Source: the human T2T-CHM13v2.0 reference genome, Homo sapiens. Taken from it: a stretch of 64,000 bases of DNA. Below, one piece after another: positions 1 through 17,524 of this stretch. The position numbers and the translations under genes were made by a program. The stretch's first letter is position 1. Each line of letters starts with the position of its first letter. The stretch lies in assembly GCF_009914755.1 (NCBI RefSeq), contig NC_060928.1. One strand, given 5' to 3'. The notes under the pieces were generated by a model, which saw only the letters and a list, made by a program, of their open reading frames with translations, was not told where the DNA came from and ran no database searches.

Positions 1-2423
1 GGTGGAGGCTGGCTTTATTCCAATTCAAAAGAAGAAACAAGGACAGTTATTTTGATAAAATGAGCCTCAGAATCAGGATGCCAACATTTCTCTCAGTTAA
101 TCCATTCACCTCAGTAAATCCTGTGTTTCTATCCATTTTCATAGTGGATTCAGAAGTCACTAACCTTAAATACGTATGATTTGGAATAAATATTGCTTCC
201 TGTCCAGCTGTACATCACATAGCACTCCTTGAGCAATGGCAGGTACCATGGTCATATTCAAAGGTAGCACCCAGCATTTAATTTTCTTAAAATACACAAT
301 AAAATCTTTGACGTTATAGAAGACTAGAATGCAGCAGGATAATGTGATCAGTTCTGATTATCTGCATCATAGATCATCCACATCCATAGCTATCAAATAT
401 GTTTTAACATTGGGTCAGTGTGCACTTTCCAACCAAACCTTCTATGGCATCTCATCCTTTCTCTCTAATAACAAAGGTGTCTTGTTATGGTATCTGTATT
501 GGTAAAATATAAATTAATTTTATGATTTTTAAAATTATACATCTGCTAAAAGGATCTCATGGTGGATCCCCAAACATATGTATTTTTTTTTCTTTTTGGA
601 AAATATAAACTTTGTAACCTTTAGTTAACGACATATAATATCCAAATGTTAGGGAGAAGGGAAGGAAGACTTGTGAGTTTCTCATACCACTGCCCTCACC
701 ATTCGCATGGATTAATATTAACTAGAGGAGGAAATTGTTTCCCCAGGAATCTTGTAGACCTTGTTCTTAGAGTGATGTAAAGGCAAGAAAAGTTGCACTC
801 TTTAATTTCTCCAAGTAGTGGCTAGGAAGCAGAATGAAGAGAGACAGGGAGAGTGTCAAGGGCCTTGCCTTGAAATTCAGAACATTTGGCAGCATTTGTT
901 GAGAGTAAATAGGTCAGCCAAGTTAAGAGTATAAAGTGTCAAAAGCAATGTTTGTTGAGCTGGGCAACATGATGACTTAAACTTGTGTTTACTCTTTTTC
1001 CGAAGGTTTGGTTGTGGTTGTACTTTTAAACAACGTTTTGATGGTCTAAGAATTCCAAATGAGAGCAGTTTAAAGAAAGAAACAAAAGAGGAAATAAAAT
1101 AGATACGTTGTCTTAATGAATACTGGCTATTGCATATATTTCAAACATATGTCCATAGGAACTTTTCAGATTAATTTATTTGTTCTGAAATTTCAGCGAT
1201 TACTTAGAAGGAACAAGATTTCATTTAATGTAATTAATTACATTAAGATATAGGGAAGCATAATTTTCTGAAGTATTTAGCAGACCTTATAATTTTGAAT
1301 TGTGGAATTAAACAATAGCACTGAGGATTTTTTTCCTGATATTAAAAAATTATGTGTCTTTCCCTTAAGCTGGGTTATAGTAAGAAGTGAAATTTGCAGT
1401 CATACATAGGTTCTTCTAACAACTTTATAAATAATCGTCTCAAAACTAATTCACATTTTTACCTATATTACTACTTTTAGTCAAGTAATTCTAATATAAA
1501 GTTAACAAAAATAATTCAATTCTACTATCTTCAGGTGTTTTTAATTGCTCTAACTTAAAAAGCTATAGATTTTCTGGTTATATTTTCTTTTGACTCTTCA
1601 ATTCTTTTCATTTTCTCTTTTATTCATTTTTATACTAGCTTGAGATGTGTTCTTGGAAGTTCTATTGTATCACTAAAGGTTGAAAAGAGAAGGAGATGGA
1701 TGAAATAACTCACCAAAAGGAAACGAATTTAAGAGCCAGATGCTGATGTGTTTTCATCTGGTTTAACATGAGAGCTTGCCTTGACTGTTTTCTTCATTTG
1801 AAATAACTGTGAATGAGGCTGTTTTTCCCAGAAAAAAAAAAAATGTTATTCAACATTGTAAAATTATGCAAGCAGAGTGCCTGATGTTCTAGCTACAACT
1901 TCAAAGAAGAATTTAGTCACTAAAAGGGATTAGATTCCATTTATTTATTGATAAAGAGGCCAACAGTTCAAGTTAAGAAGGTGCTAGAACTGCTTTGAGG
2001 CTAATGAAATTTTGATGGCCCGAGCCTCCCACAAGAGTAAGAGAACATTCGGACCGTGTCACACAGCTCTCTGTTAGCTGAGAGTCAAAACAAGTGATAA
2101 GATTTATTCTTTTGCAAAACTAACTTTTCACCAGCCATGGGGAGTTGACATTAAAAAGCATTTTGAGGAAAAAAATATTTTACAGTATATATTGAGTTTC
2201 CTGTGTAATCCCAAATATTAATCTTGTTCCAAATGAAGGATATGGGAGAAGCCCTTTCTTGGCACCCATTGATTGTTGTGGTGGTGTTTTTGTAGTGGAC
2301 TGCCACACACCAGGGCAAGTTCTGGAGAGACGGTGATTTGGGATCACCTACTAACAGCAGTTTGAGTAAAAATGGGTGAAAGGTTATAAAATCAGTGTGA
2401 TGGGATACCCCAGTAAAAGGTAG

Positions 2424-2781
<358 letters not shown>

Positions 2782-3519
2782 ACTGACGTGTTGTTAAAAG
2801 AGCCGTGACTGAAGTCCCACCACCCAGCTTTGCAAGTGCTATAATCTGACCTCAGTTCCAAATACCTATTTAAACGTCAGGAACAAAGGGCTTTTTTTTT
2901 TATTTTTTCAAAACATCAGTCTTTAAGCTTTAAAAATGTTTCCATGGAGAGTAACTCAGCGTCAAGAGATGTGCAGAAAATCCAAAGAAGGGTAAGGTTG
3001 CCCCTGGTATCAAGGAAATAAGAACCAGAAGTCATCAGGACAGTGAAGATATTTAGCAAAGAAATGTAAGTGGGAAAACATGTAATAAAGTTAGTTTTGT
3101 GATTTAATAAATAAATAAAATGTTTGCGTATGCATCGCTTCCCAGAAGCAGCCAGGCATCTATTGTTTTTTGTCATCCAGCCGGTGCGACGTTGTCACAG
3201 GTGCCTGGATTTGGAATCACACTGGTCAGGGCTCACATTCTTTCATTCATCCCCTGTGACAGTTACCCCCTGAATCACCTAGAGTGGCAGTTGTCAACTC
3301 TTGCATGCCTTGTCTGCTCCTTCAGCTGCCTGGCGAGTTCTGGAGGGGCGGAGCTCTCCTGTTGGAGTCTAGTTCCTTCTTCCAGCCTCCTCAGCCTGTT
3401 AGCCCTCTTGGAGAAAGATGACCTTTGATGTAAGGCAGGCCAGCAGGCGTTGGCGCTGCTCTTCCACCTCCTCGTGACTCAGGACCCCGAGAGCCTCCAT
3501 TGAGGACAGTCTTTGCGAA

Positions 3520-3770
3520 TGTGATGCCCGGAGGCGGGACTCCTGGTTTTGTATGGGCACTACCACCTCCCGACTTTGAGACCTTGGGCAAGTTGCTCAC
3601 CATTCCGTGCCATGGTTTCCACGTTGTAAAACAGGGACAGCAGTAAACAGGGCTCTAGTCCTATGAGGTCAGGGCTGTTGTGAGCATTAAGTGAGTTCAG
3701 GTATGGCTGGTGCTTACAAAACTCCCTGACATCTAGTGAGTTCCGAATAAGTGTGTGCCCTTATTATTAT
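3520..3770 (+). mobile_element. MIR SINE relic
   Basis: Core matches: GACCTTGGGCAAGTT, TGTAAAACAGGGA, GGCTGTTGTGAGCATTAAGTGAG, ending TTATTATTAT. Confidence 0.75.
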
Positions 3771-5486
3771 TTGTAAAAGGTGGAAAATTATATCTGTTTA
3801 TGTGGCTATGAAGATTAAGTTAAATAAACAATATCAAGTGCCTACCTAGTTTGGACTAGGTAGATATCTATAGATATCAATAGATATCTCCTCCTCCACT
3901 CCCCCACTCCTCCTTCCTTACCCCACCCCACCCCAGGGCGGCATTCATCAAGTGTTCTGGCAAGATGGAGGAGAACTCACGGTGTCTTCCAGAAAGGGCG
4001 CTGATCATTTGTGCAGTCTGGAATTTCTGTCACCATTTATTGACTCTCTTATTTTTCTCCAAAACCCCACATCCCTTTTAATTTACTGTAATTAAATGAA
4101 TGTACATTGAATGGTGCTGATAATTAGTCTGATGGTTGTAGACTTCAAAGATTTTAGCATGCTCCTTCCCCTCCTGGCCAAAGAAAATTTCAAAATTAGT
4201 GTTTCCCTCAAAGGCATGTTACTTAGACAGCTGGTCAATTAACAGGCAATTTAACTGATGCTCATCAGTTCACACAATAAAATAAATCATTCCAAGAAGA
4301 CTTCATTTCTCACCTAAGTTTGAGCAATGTACCTGTTGTCGGACCCCACTAATGCCACATTAATTGTGCATGATACTGAAGTATTATGGGCTAATTTGGC
4401 TAATGAAAAAGGGTATAACATTAAAGTGCAGTCTTTTTAAATGTAATAGACACTTTGCACAGCTGAAACACTTTTCAAGGAACCAATTTCACTTGTCCTT
4501 TGAAATGGTATTTTAAGTCTACTTTCTGTATGGAGAGATAAAGTCTAAAAGTTGCATTATTGTATTTTAAGAGGAAAAAGGCGTACCCCTCAAACCAATT
4601 TGATAAATGACTGTAGTGATAGCATTTCCATCAATCTCTAAAGAGAGAACTTCAGCTATTTTGCAATCCAGATTTTCTTGTCAAGCAGAATATGTTATCT
4701 GGAAAGGAGGGCAGTGCCATTTCTTCTCTTCCTGAACAACTGCAGATAGGTGAGAGAGTGAGGAAATAGACGGACTTGTAGCTCTTCCAGTGCTGATCAA
4801 ATTCTAGGAGAGTTTGAGAGAAACTGCTAGCCAGCTATGTCATGTACTTGCGATCATTCTAGGACAACACAAATGCCACATCTCTCCTAGATCTTTGGAG
4901 GAAGGGGTACTGTCTTAGAATTCTGAAGATGATTTGAAGAGAGGTGTACTTTTTCACCTCACTAGCATTATTCCATTCCTTCAGCTTTATCCAGGAACCT
5001 TTTCTGAGCCTACTTTGGTTGTTGATTGAAAGACATAAAATGGAATTCTGTTGCTGTAAGAAACACATGGCATTTCAGTGTTATTCTAATTTTATGAGTT
5101 TCTATTATACATACTAAACTATAGCTTGAATATAAATTTCACTGTGGGCCCTCTTCCGGCATGTAATGGTCATTTCTGGCATGGTCTCCTGTGATAAATT
5201 ATATTTTATGTTTTATGTGCACTAGAATGTCAAAAATAGCAAACGTAATATGTCGGTGGGCTTCCTAAATCAGGCTCAGAATTAAAGTGCTGCTTTACAA
5301 AATGCCGTCAAATAGTTCCTGATATATAAAAATAACTACATTGCCTTGATAGATATACATTTACAATTTCAATAGTGACTTGTCATTCTTTGAGCAAAAG
5401 CTTCCCTGTTTCATTTAAGGATGAAATAGATTCACTTCATGGGTATGTACAAGTCACTTTTTAGTATAATAAGTTATGATTTAACT

Positions 5487-5782
5487 GGCTGGGCGTGGTG
5501 GCTCACGCCTGTAATCCCAGCACTTTGGGAGGCCAAGGCGGGTGGATCACAATGTCAGGAGTTTGAGACCAGCCTGGCCAACATGGTGAAACCCCATCTC
5601 TACTAAAAATACAAAAATTAGCTGGGCATGGTGGCAGATGCCTGTAATCCCAGCTACTCGGGAGGCTGATGCAGAGAATGGCTTGAACCCAGGAGGTGGA
5701 GGTTGCAGTGAGCCGAGATCGCGCCACTGCACTCCAGCCTGGGCAACAACAGGGATACTCCAGCTGGAAAAAAAAAAAAAAA
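5487..5782 (+). mobile_element. Alu, AluS, full length
   Basis: Starts GGCTGGGCGTGGTGGCTCAC, A tail; TSD AAGTTATGATTTAACT (5471-5486) / AAGTTACGATTTAAAT (5781-5796). Confidence 0.96.
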
Positions 5783-6712
5783 GTTACGATTTAAATAAAA
5801 TCCTAAAAAATTTAGTATTATGAAACTAGAACTGAAACAACTGTAAAGTTCACTACTGTTGTTGTTACTACAGGCTTAAGTATTTATATACATTCATATT
5901 TTTCTGTTCTAAGAGGATTTTCAGAAAGCTTGGCAGTTTGCTATGCTTCACATGGAAATTGCCATTTCTATTAAACTCGATTTGTGTTCTAAGTGTTTTT
6001 GTTAAAGTATACAGAATATATGCCATCTCTGTTTCAATTCTAAATGTTCTTTTAGTTGTAGAGTTGAAATTAAAGTGAAGCATGCTATGAATGTACCAAA
6101 ACTGATGATGTATGCTATTTTGATTTTTGAATGTGTTTTTGATATCCTTGAAAAATCACAGTGGTAGCAGTAAAATTGTTTTAATTAATGAATTGAATAG
6201 CAGTGAGTGCTGAATCAGGTTTATTGATGTAATTATCACTGAAATAGAAAAAATAAGTGTTAGAGCCATAGAACCTTCGTTTATTTGCCATTCCGTGAGC
6301 ACTCAAGTGTCGGAAAAGCAGCTAACTGAGGGTTTTTTTGGTGTTGTTTAAAGAATATTCTTCTCAAATCATAATAATTCTGTTTATTAACATTACATAC
6401 ACATATAATTTTATACATGATTATCTTGTACATTATTTACTGAATGGTTTGAATACTAACTTCAGTATATTGAAATTTTCTTATATTTATCAGTTGACGA
6501 GATCGTTTTCCATAATAAATAGGCTGTACGCAAACTAAACGTGAAACCTATTTGAATGCATGTTAAAATGGATAGAAATGCGTATACACTTAAGAAAAGA
6601 GCAACTAAAAATGTCTGATGACTATTGCCTTGACTTTAGTCACGCAGAACCTGAAAACTAAATAAAGGGTAACTTATTGAATAGATTTCTTATTTAGTAT
6701 ATCAACTAAGTC

Positions 6713-7255
6713 TTCATTCAACGAATCATAAATGCTGGATATGGTACCAGGTGCTGGAAAAACAAAAATGAGTAAGATGTATTCCCTGACGTCTAGAAGC
6801 TCACAGGGTGGTTGGGCAAACCGGCAAGTAGGCGTGTAATTAGGTTTTAATGTGGTTAGTGTTATTACAACAGAATATGCAGAGTCAGTGTCAGCCCAGA
6901 GCCGATTGTTGCCAACAGAGACTGGGGGCAGGAGAGGAGAGAATGTTTCACAAAGAAGGAAGGAAGCAGCGTTGGACCAGAGGCTTAAAGGATGTGGAGA
7001 AATTCGAGATTTAGACAGAACAGCAAAGGAGAATGTGTAACTTCCCTGGGGATGCTCCAAAAGCCACAAGGAGTTTGATGCCTGGGACACATGAGGCTAC
7101 AAAAGTAGCCCCCGAGCAAAGTCTTCATGGTGATGCTAAGGGATTTGCACGTTTTCCTGCAGGTAATGGGGAGGCTCTGAGGGATTTTAATGCAGAGGAA
7201 TAGTATGGTCATGTTTCCGTTTTACAGAGTACCCTGAAAGCAGTGTGGAATATTA
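6713..7255 (-). mobile_element. L2 LINE 3' fragment
   Basis: TTCATTCAACGAAT...GGTGCTGGAAAAACAAAAATGAGTAAGA...CCCTGACGTCTAGAAGCTCACAG and GGTAATGGGGAGGCTCTGAGGGATTTTAA resemble the antisense L2 3' end; boundaries approximate. Confidence 0.65.
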
Positions 7256-8016
7256 ACTGTCTTTCCTCAAGGAGAGCAACCTCCCTGGGGACATGGCCCT
7301 GTTCACTGTTGTACCTCTGTGCTCACCTCACCTAATACCTGAACCTGGAAATAAAGGTTTTGTTGAATGGAAAATAATTGACTTAGAGGTCAAACTTGGA
7401 AGCAAATTGGCCAGTTAGATAGTATTATAATTAACAACATAGGAAAATAGAAAAGTTTGGATCAAAAACCAGAAAGGAAAGGGAGACCCATTTAAGTAGA
7501 ATCAAGATTTGATGATTAATTGGGGGAAGAGAAACATTTAAAGAGACTGTCTTCCCCAACATGAGAGACTCAGTGAGTGATGGTATAATCCAAGTTGAAA
7601 GTTAAAGTATTTTGTCTATGGTAAAGTTAGTAATTCACATGAGAAGACATAGTGTTTGATGTGTCTGTGGGCCATCAAGTTTCAGTAATTTATTAGCCAA
7701 TTATATATATATTATATATATATATATGAAATTCAATTAGATTTTGTGTAAAAATATTTACTCTGTGATCTATATTATTGCAGTTAAAGCCACAGGGCAG
7801 AATTAAACCTCTTTCTGAAAGCAAATAGAATGAGAAAAGAAGAGGAGTGAAGCTAGAATCCTAAGCTCACCAATATTTAACATAAGGTTATAGATGAAGC
7901 ACCAATAAAAGAAACGAAGGACCTTTTATAGAGGCAAAAAAAACCCAAAAGATTAATTGACAAAAGACAACAAAAGAGACATACTGTGATCAGCAGAGTC
8001 AAAAACTTCCAAAAGT

Positions 8017-8146
8017 TGCTGGGTACAGCAATACCCGTGTCTGTAGTCCCGGCACTCAGAAAGGAGGCTGAGGTGAGAGGATGGCTTGAGCCCAGAAGTT
8101 AGAGACCAGCCTGGGAAACATAGTGAGACCCCATCTCAGAGAAAAA
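8017..8146 (+). mobile_element. Free Alu monomer (FLAM)
   Basis: Single arm GGAGGCTGAGGTGAGAGGATGGCTTGAGCCCAGAAGTTAGAGACCAGCCTGGG...CATCTC; flanks AAAAACTTCCA / AAAAGCTTCCA. Confidence 0.85.
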
Positions 8147-8735
8147 GCTTCCAGTGAGGATAATGTAGGTATAGTGGGTGTGGAAGTCAAATCGTGGTAG
8201 TTCAGAGTGGAACCAAAACCTTAAATGTGGCACCAGCAACTGGAGATTATTCTCTCCAAAGCTCAACTAAGGAAGGAGAGAGCGTGGCTGAGGGATCCAG
8301 GGATGGAGGTACTTGCATAATTGGAGGACATTTCAGCATCTTCTTAAGGAAAGGGACGGAGCGGCAGAACAACAAGAAGGTGGAGTAGAGGCGATTGAGG
8401 GAAAATGAAAAGCGTCTGACCTCTGAGAATCAGGAGTGAAGGGGTCCTTGGAGTATGAATGTGGGTAACTGCGAGTCCCTGAAAACTTTTTTTTTAAATA
8501 TATTTTTAAAATTATTATTTTTTTATTATTATTATACTTTAAGTTTTAGGGTACATGTGCACAATGTGCAGGTTAGCTACATATGTATACATGTGCCATG
8601 CTGGTGTGCTGCACCCACTAACTCGTCATCTAGCATTAGGTATATCTCCCAATGCTCTCCCTCCTCCCTCCCCCCACCCCACAACAGTCCCCAGAGTGTG
8701 ATGTTCCCCTTCCTGTGTCCATGTGTTCTCATTGT

Positions 8736-12574
<3,839 letters not shown>

Positions 12575-12622
12575 TTATTTTGCTCGTTAGTTGATGCAGT
12601 TTCATCCTAGTCTCGATGGCCT

Positions 12623-13634
12623 TTACATTTTGGCATGATTTTGCAGTGGCTGGTACTAGTTGTTCCTTTCCATGTGTAGTGCTTCCTTCAGGAGCTCTTT
12701 TAGGGCAGGCCTGGTGGTGACAAAATCTCTTAGCATTTGCTTGTCTGTAAAGTATTCTATTTCTCCTTCACTTATGAAGCTTAGTTTGGCTGGATATGAA
12801 ATTCTGGGTTGAAAATTCTTTTCTTTAAGAATGTTTAATATTGGCTCCCATTCTCTTCTGGCTTGTAGAGTTTGTGCCGAGAGATCCGCTGTTAGTCTGA
12901 TGGGCTTCCCTTTGTGGGTAACCCGACCTTTCTCTCTGGCTGCCCTTAACATTTTTTCCTTCATTTCAACTTTGGTGAATCTGACAATTATGTGTCTTGG
13001 AGTTGCTCTTCTCGAGGAGTATCTTTGTGGCGTTCTCTGTATTTCCTGAATCTGAATGTTCCTGCCTTGCTAGATTGGGGAAGTTCTCCTGGATAATGTC
13101 CTGCAGAGTGTTTTCCAACTTGGTTCCATTCTCCCCGTCACTTTCAGGTACACCAATCAGATGTAGATTTGGTCTTTTCACATAGTCCCATATTTCTTGG
13201 AGGCTTTGTTCGTTTCTCTTTATTCTTTTTTCTCTAAACTTCCCTTCTTGCTTCATTTCATTCATTTCATCTTCTATCCCTGATACCCTTTCTTCCAGTT
13301 GATCGCATCGGCTCCTGAGGCTTCTGCATTCTTCACGTAGTTCTCGAGCCTTGGCTTTCAGCTCCATCAGCTCCTTTAAGCACTTCTCTGTATTGGTTAT
13401 TCTAGTTATACATTCGTCTAAATTTTTTTCAAAGTTTTTAACTTCTTTGCCTTTGGTTTGAATTTCCTCCTGTAGCTCGTAGTTTGATCGTCTGAAGCCT
13501 TCTTCTCTCAACTCGTCAAAGTCATTCTCCGTCCAGCTTTGTTCCATTGCTGGTGAGGAACTGCGTTCCTTTGGAGGAGGAGAGGTGCTCTGCTTTTTAG
13601 AGTTTCCAGTTTTTCTGCTCTGTTTTTTCCCCGT
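12623..13634 (-). pseudogene. L1 ORF1p (coiled coil, RRM, CTD), disrupted
   Basis: NEQSLQEIWDYVKRPNL and KGKPIRLTADLS...FQPRISYPAKLSF; start codon ATG>ACG (13632-13634); frameshift near 13060; premature TAG at 12656-12658. Confidence 0.93.
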
Positions 13635-14217
13635 CTTTGTGGTTTTATCTACTTTTGGTCTTTGATGATGGTGATGTACAGATGGGTTTTTGGTGTGGAT
13701 GTCCTTTCTGTTTGATAGCTTTCCTTCTGACAGACAGGACCCTCAGCTGCAGGTCTGTTGGAGTTTGCTAGAGGTCCACTCCAGACCCTGTTTGCCTGGG
13801 TATCAGCAGCGGTGTCTGCAGAACAGTGGTTTTTCGTGAACCGCGAAAGCTGCTGTCTGATAGTTCCTCTGGAAGTTTTGTCTCAGAGGAGTACCCGGCC
13901 GTTTGAGGTGTTAGTCTGCCCCTACTGGGGGGTGCCTCCCAGTTAGGCTGCTCGGGGGTCAGGGGTCAGGGACCCACTTGAGGAGGCAGTCTGCCCGTTC
14001 TCAGATCTCCAGCTGCATGCTGGGAGAACCACTGCTCTCTTCAAAGCTGTCAGACAGGGACATTTAAGTCTGCAGAGGTTACTGCTGTCTTTTTGTTTGT
14101 CTGTGCCCTGCACCCAGAGGTGGAGCCTACAGAGACAGGCAGGCCTCCTTGAGCTGTGGTGGGCTCTACCCAGTTGGAGCTTCCCGGCTGCTTTGTTTAC
14201 CTAAGCAAGCCTGGGCA

Positions 14218-14439
14218 ATGGTGGTCGCCCCTCCCCCAGCCTCGCTGCCGCCTTGCAGTTTGATCTCAGACTGCTGTGCTAGCAATCAGCGAGACTCCAT
14301 GGGTGTAGGACCCTCCGAGCCATGTGCGGGATATAATCTCCTGGTGCGCCGTTTTTTTAAGCCCGTCGGAAAAGCTCAGTACTCGGGTGGGAGTGACCCG
14401 ATTTTCCAGGTGCCGTCTGTCACCCCTTTCTTTGCCTAG
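14218..14439 (+). other. L1 antisense ORF0 in the 5'UTR antisense promoter, C-terminal part frameshifted (73 aa)
   Basis: MVVAPPPASLPPCSLISDCCASNQRDSMGVGPSEP matches the ORF0 N-terminus; the RVGVTRFSRC part lies in another frame after the T run at ~14352. Confidence 0.8.
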
Positions 14440-15059
14440 GAAAGGGAACTCCATGACCCCTTGCACTTCCCGAGTGAGGCAATGCCTCGCCCTGCTTCGG
14501 CTCGCACACGGTGCACGCACCCACTGACCTGCGCCCACTGTCTGGCACTCCCTAGTGAGATGAACCTGGTACCTCAGATGGAAATGCAGAAATCACCCGT
14601 CTTCTGCATCGCTTACGCTGGGAGCTGTAGACTGGAGCTGTTCCTATTCGGCCATCTTGGCTCCTCCCTGAAAAACTTTTATTTTTTAAGGTACTTTTCA
14701 TCTCACAACTTTATATACATAATTAATTTGGTGTTTGCTATAGAAAAGTTTTTCTGAAAAAGATACCTTTCTGTCTAAGATTGATTGAAATCATAACCAA
14801 TTTTAAGTCAGTGTAGTATAAATTGATAATATTTGATGGAACTGAGCGACCATGTCATCAGAAGCTTTGGAGGAGCAGTACATTCTTATCCAAAATTGAC
14901 ATTTTACTTAAAATCCTTCTATAAAACTGTGAAACTGGAATTACACATCCAGATTCTAATGGAAAACAGTTATTAGCTTTGGAGCCAGAACTATAGGATT
15001 GCTGTCAGGACTAGTCCAGGGACATAGGTAACTTCTGATTTCCTCTCCTTGATCCTTGA

Positions 15060-15240
15060 TGTGTGTATGTGATATTTATATATATTCATATAGATGTGTG
15101 TGTATATATATATGAGTGTGTGTACATATTCATATATGTGTGTATGTATGTGTATATATTGATATATGTGTGTATATATATGAATATGTATATGTATATA
15201 TTCATATATGTACATATATACATATATATGCATGTTTATA
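15060..15240. repeat. Degenerate (TA)n/(TG)n low-complexity tract
   Basis: ~180 bp of mostly alternating purine-pyrimidine TATATG/TGTA units. Confidence 0.9.
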
Positions 15241-16146
15241 GTCTTTGCCTGAGGACTAAGTTAATAGCTAGGAAATAAGTTTCCTCCTTAGTAACTGCCA
15301 CATAGTTTTGCACTAGCAATGTTCTTTTGCTTAAAAAAAAATGCATGTTTATAAACATAAAATTATATAATCAGATTTAAGTTTTTAATGAACACTCGAG
15401 ACAAACATTATTTTAAAGAATATGTATACAAAAGGTAACCATAAAACCTACTTACAAGTGATATATCCAAGAGAAATAGAAATAGGCCTTTAAAAGCCAG
15501 AGTGATAGTTATTATTTGCATATTGCAAACTTGGAAAGTTATGACTTTGTGAAAAAATTTTTAAGACTAAACTGGCTAATATAAAGTAATCAGTGTGAAG
15601 TATGGTTCCCCTTCCAACTGGTTAATATAGGAGTGTTAATGTTCACAAAGAAAGAACTTAAAATTTTAGCATACAGCAGATGAAGATTCCTAGGGGATTT
15701 GAAAGTAGTTGAATGAAATATCAGTTGCTACAGAAAACAAGTACAAAATATTTTCTTGTAATGGACTGTGTCTCATTTATTGTGACTGGAGTACCATTGT
15801 ATAGATGGCAGAGTACAAAATATGCCTATAGGTGAACCAAATTATTTAAATGAACCCATTTAAAGAGTTTGTGCTTTCACATAATCACTGGAATTTTTAA
15901 AGCATCTAATCATTATTTGTAATGTACTGTCTTAATACCCCAAGCAAAATGATGGGATACGACAGATGTGATAAAAGTGGAACCTGAGATCAAATGAACT
16001 TAAGAATAAATCATTTGAGTGTTTAAATCAATGCTCTTAAGTTATCTATGATGTGATTTAGGATTTCATGTTTATTGGGCAACACAGATAAGCAGATGGA
16101 TAATAAACACTAGTTTCTCTTTTAGGATTTACACTTTTATTCTTAA

Positions 16147-16513
<367 letters not shown>

Positions 16514-16559
16514 CCAACTTCAGTTTTCACCTAAGTTTCCACATGCTATTGGATTTTTT

Positions 16560-17015
16560 TCTATAACATAGTACTTTTTTCATGCCATGATTTATCATAA
16601 TTTAACATATCTACTACTGTTGGACATCCAGGTTTGAACTTTCGCTACTATAAGTGATTCTGCAATAATGATCTCAGTGGCTAAATCTTTGCCTCTAATT
16701 CTGTTATTACCTTAGGATAAATTCTTGGAAGTGGAATTTCAGAGCCAAAGGGCTATACAACCTAAGGCTTTTGATACACTCTGTCAAAAGTGTGAAAAAG
16801 CTTGTATCAATTTATACTCCCAACAGTATACAAAAGTGCCTTTTCCCCCAGGGCACTGACAGGGAGTGTTTCCATGCTTTAAATTTTTGACAATTGGACC
16901 GATGAAACGTGTCTTACCTTTGTTGTAATTTGTATTCGTTTGATTAGTGAGTTGAATACATTTTCACATGTATGTACCATTTGTATTTCTTCTTTTGTGA
17001 ATTGCCAGTTCTTGC
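16560..17015 (-). mobile_element. Ancient L1 (L1M/L1ME) ORF2 3' fragment, probably continuing at ~17890-18310
   Basis: GGATAAATTCTTGGAAGTGGAATT, GTATCAATTTATACTCCCAACAG, TTTGTATTTCTTCTTTTGTGAATTGCC match antisense old L1. Confidence 0.7.
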
Positions 17016-17524
17016 CTCTGTCCCTTATTCTGTGTGGATGTATGAAGAAATGGGTCACTCAGGGTATAAGGAAAACTGAAGGCAGAGATGGACTTCGAGG
17101 ACACCAGCACAGTGACTCTGCTTTTTCTCCCTTGTGTATATGTGGCCTCGATGAGACAGGTTTGGTTGCAGGACCTTTTGTATATAAACATCTCCTTACA
17201 AGTGGGCCTTCTGCTCATAGACATAGGTGTAAGTTTCACAATGGTGAAGAACAGGTGTACGTGAGCTGGGGCACAGGCCCACTGTGTGGTCCTAAAGTCT
17301 AGCTGGATGCCGCCTGTACACTTTTTACTACAGATTCTAGGTGCCAAGAAGTTCTGCATTTACTGCAGTTCAGAGTAGCAAGTTCATTTCCACAAAGTTT
17401 CTGTATCCTTATTGAGTAAATGAAAAACGTAAAGCAGGCGATAAATAGCACTGGGAGGTAAATCTCTTTTCATCAATCCATAGAGTGTTGCAAAAGATGC
17501 AGGAGATACATAGGGATATAGATA

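Noticed and set aside
3277-3291. CTCF-like word CACCTAGAGTGGCAG and similar words near 30250 and 63012
   Set aside because: Each has a spacing or core mismatch to the CTCF consensus and cannot be supported by eye.
14991-15278. His/Ile/Tyr- and Val/Tyr-rich ORFs
   Set aside because: Translation of the TA/TG low-complexity tract.
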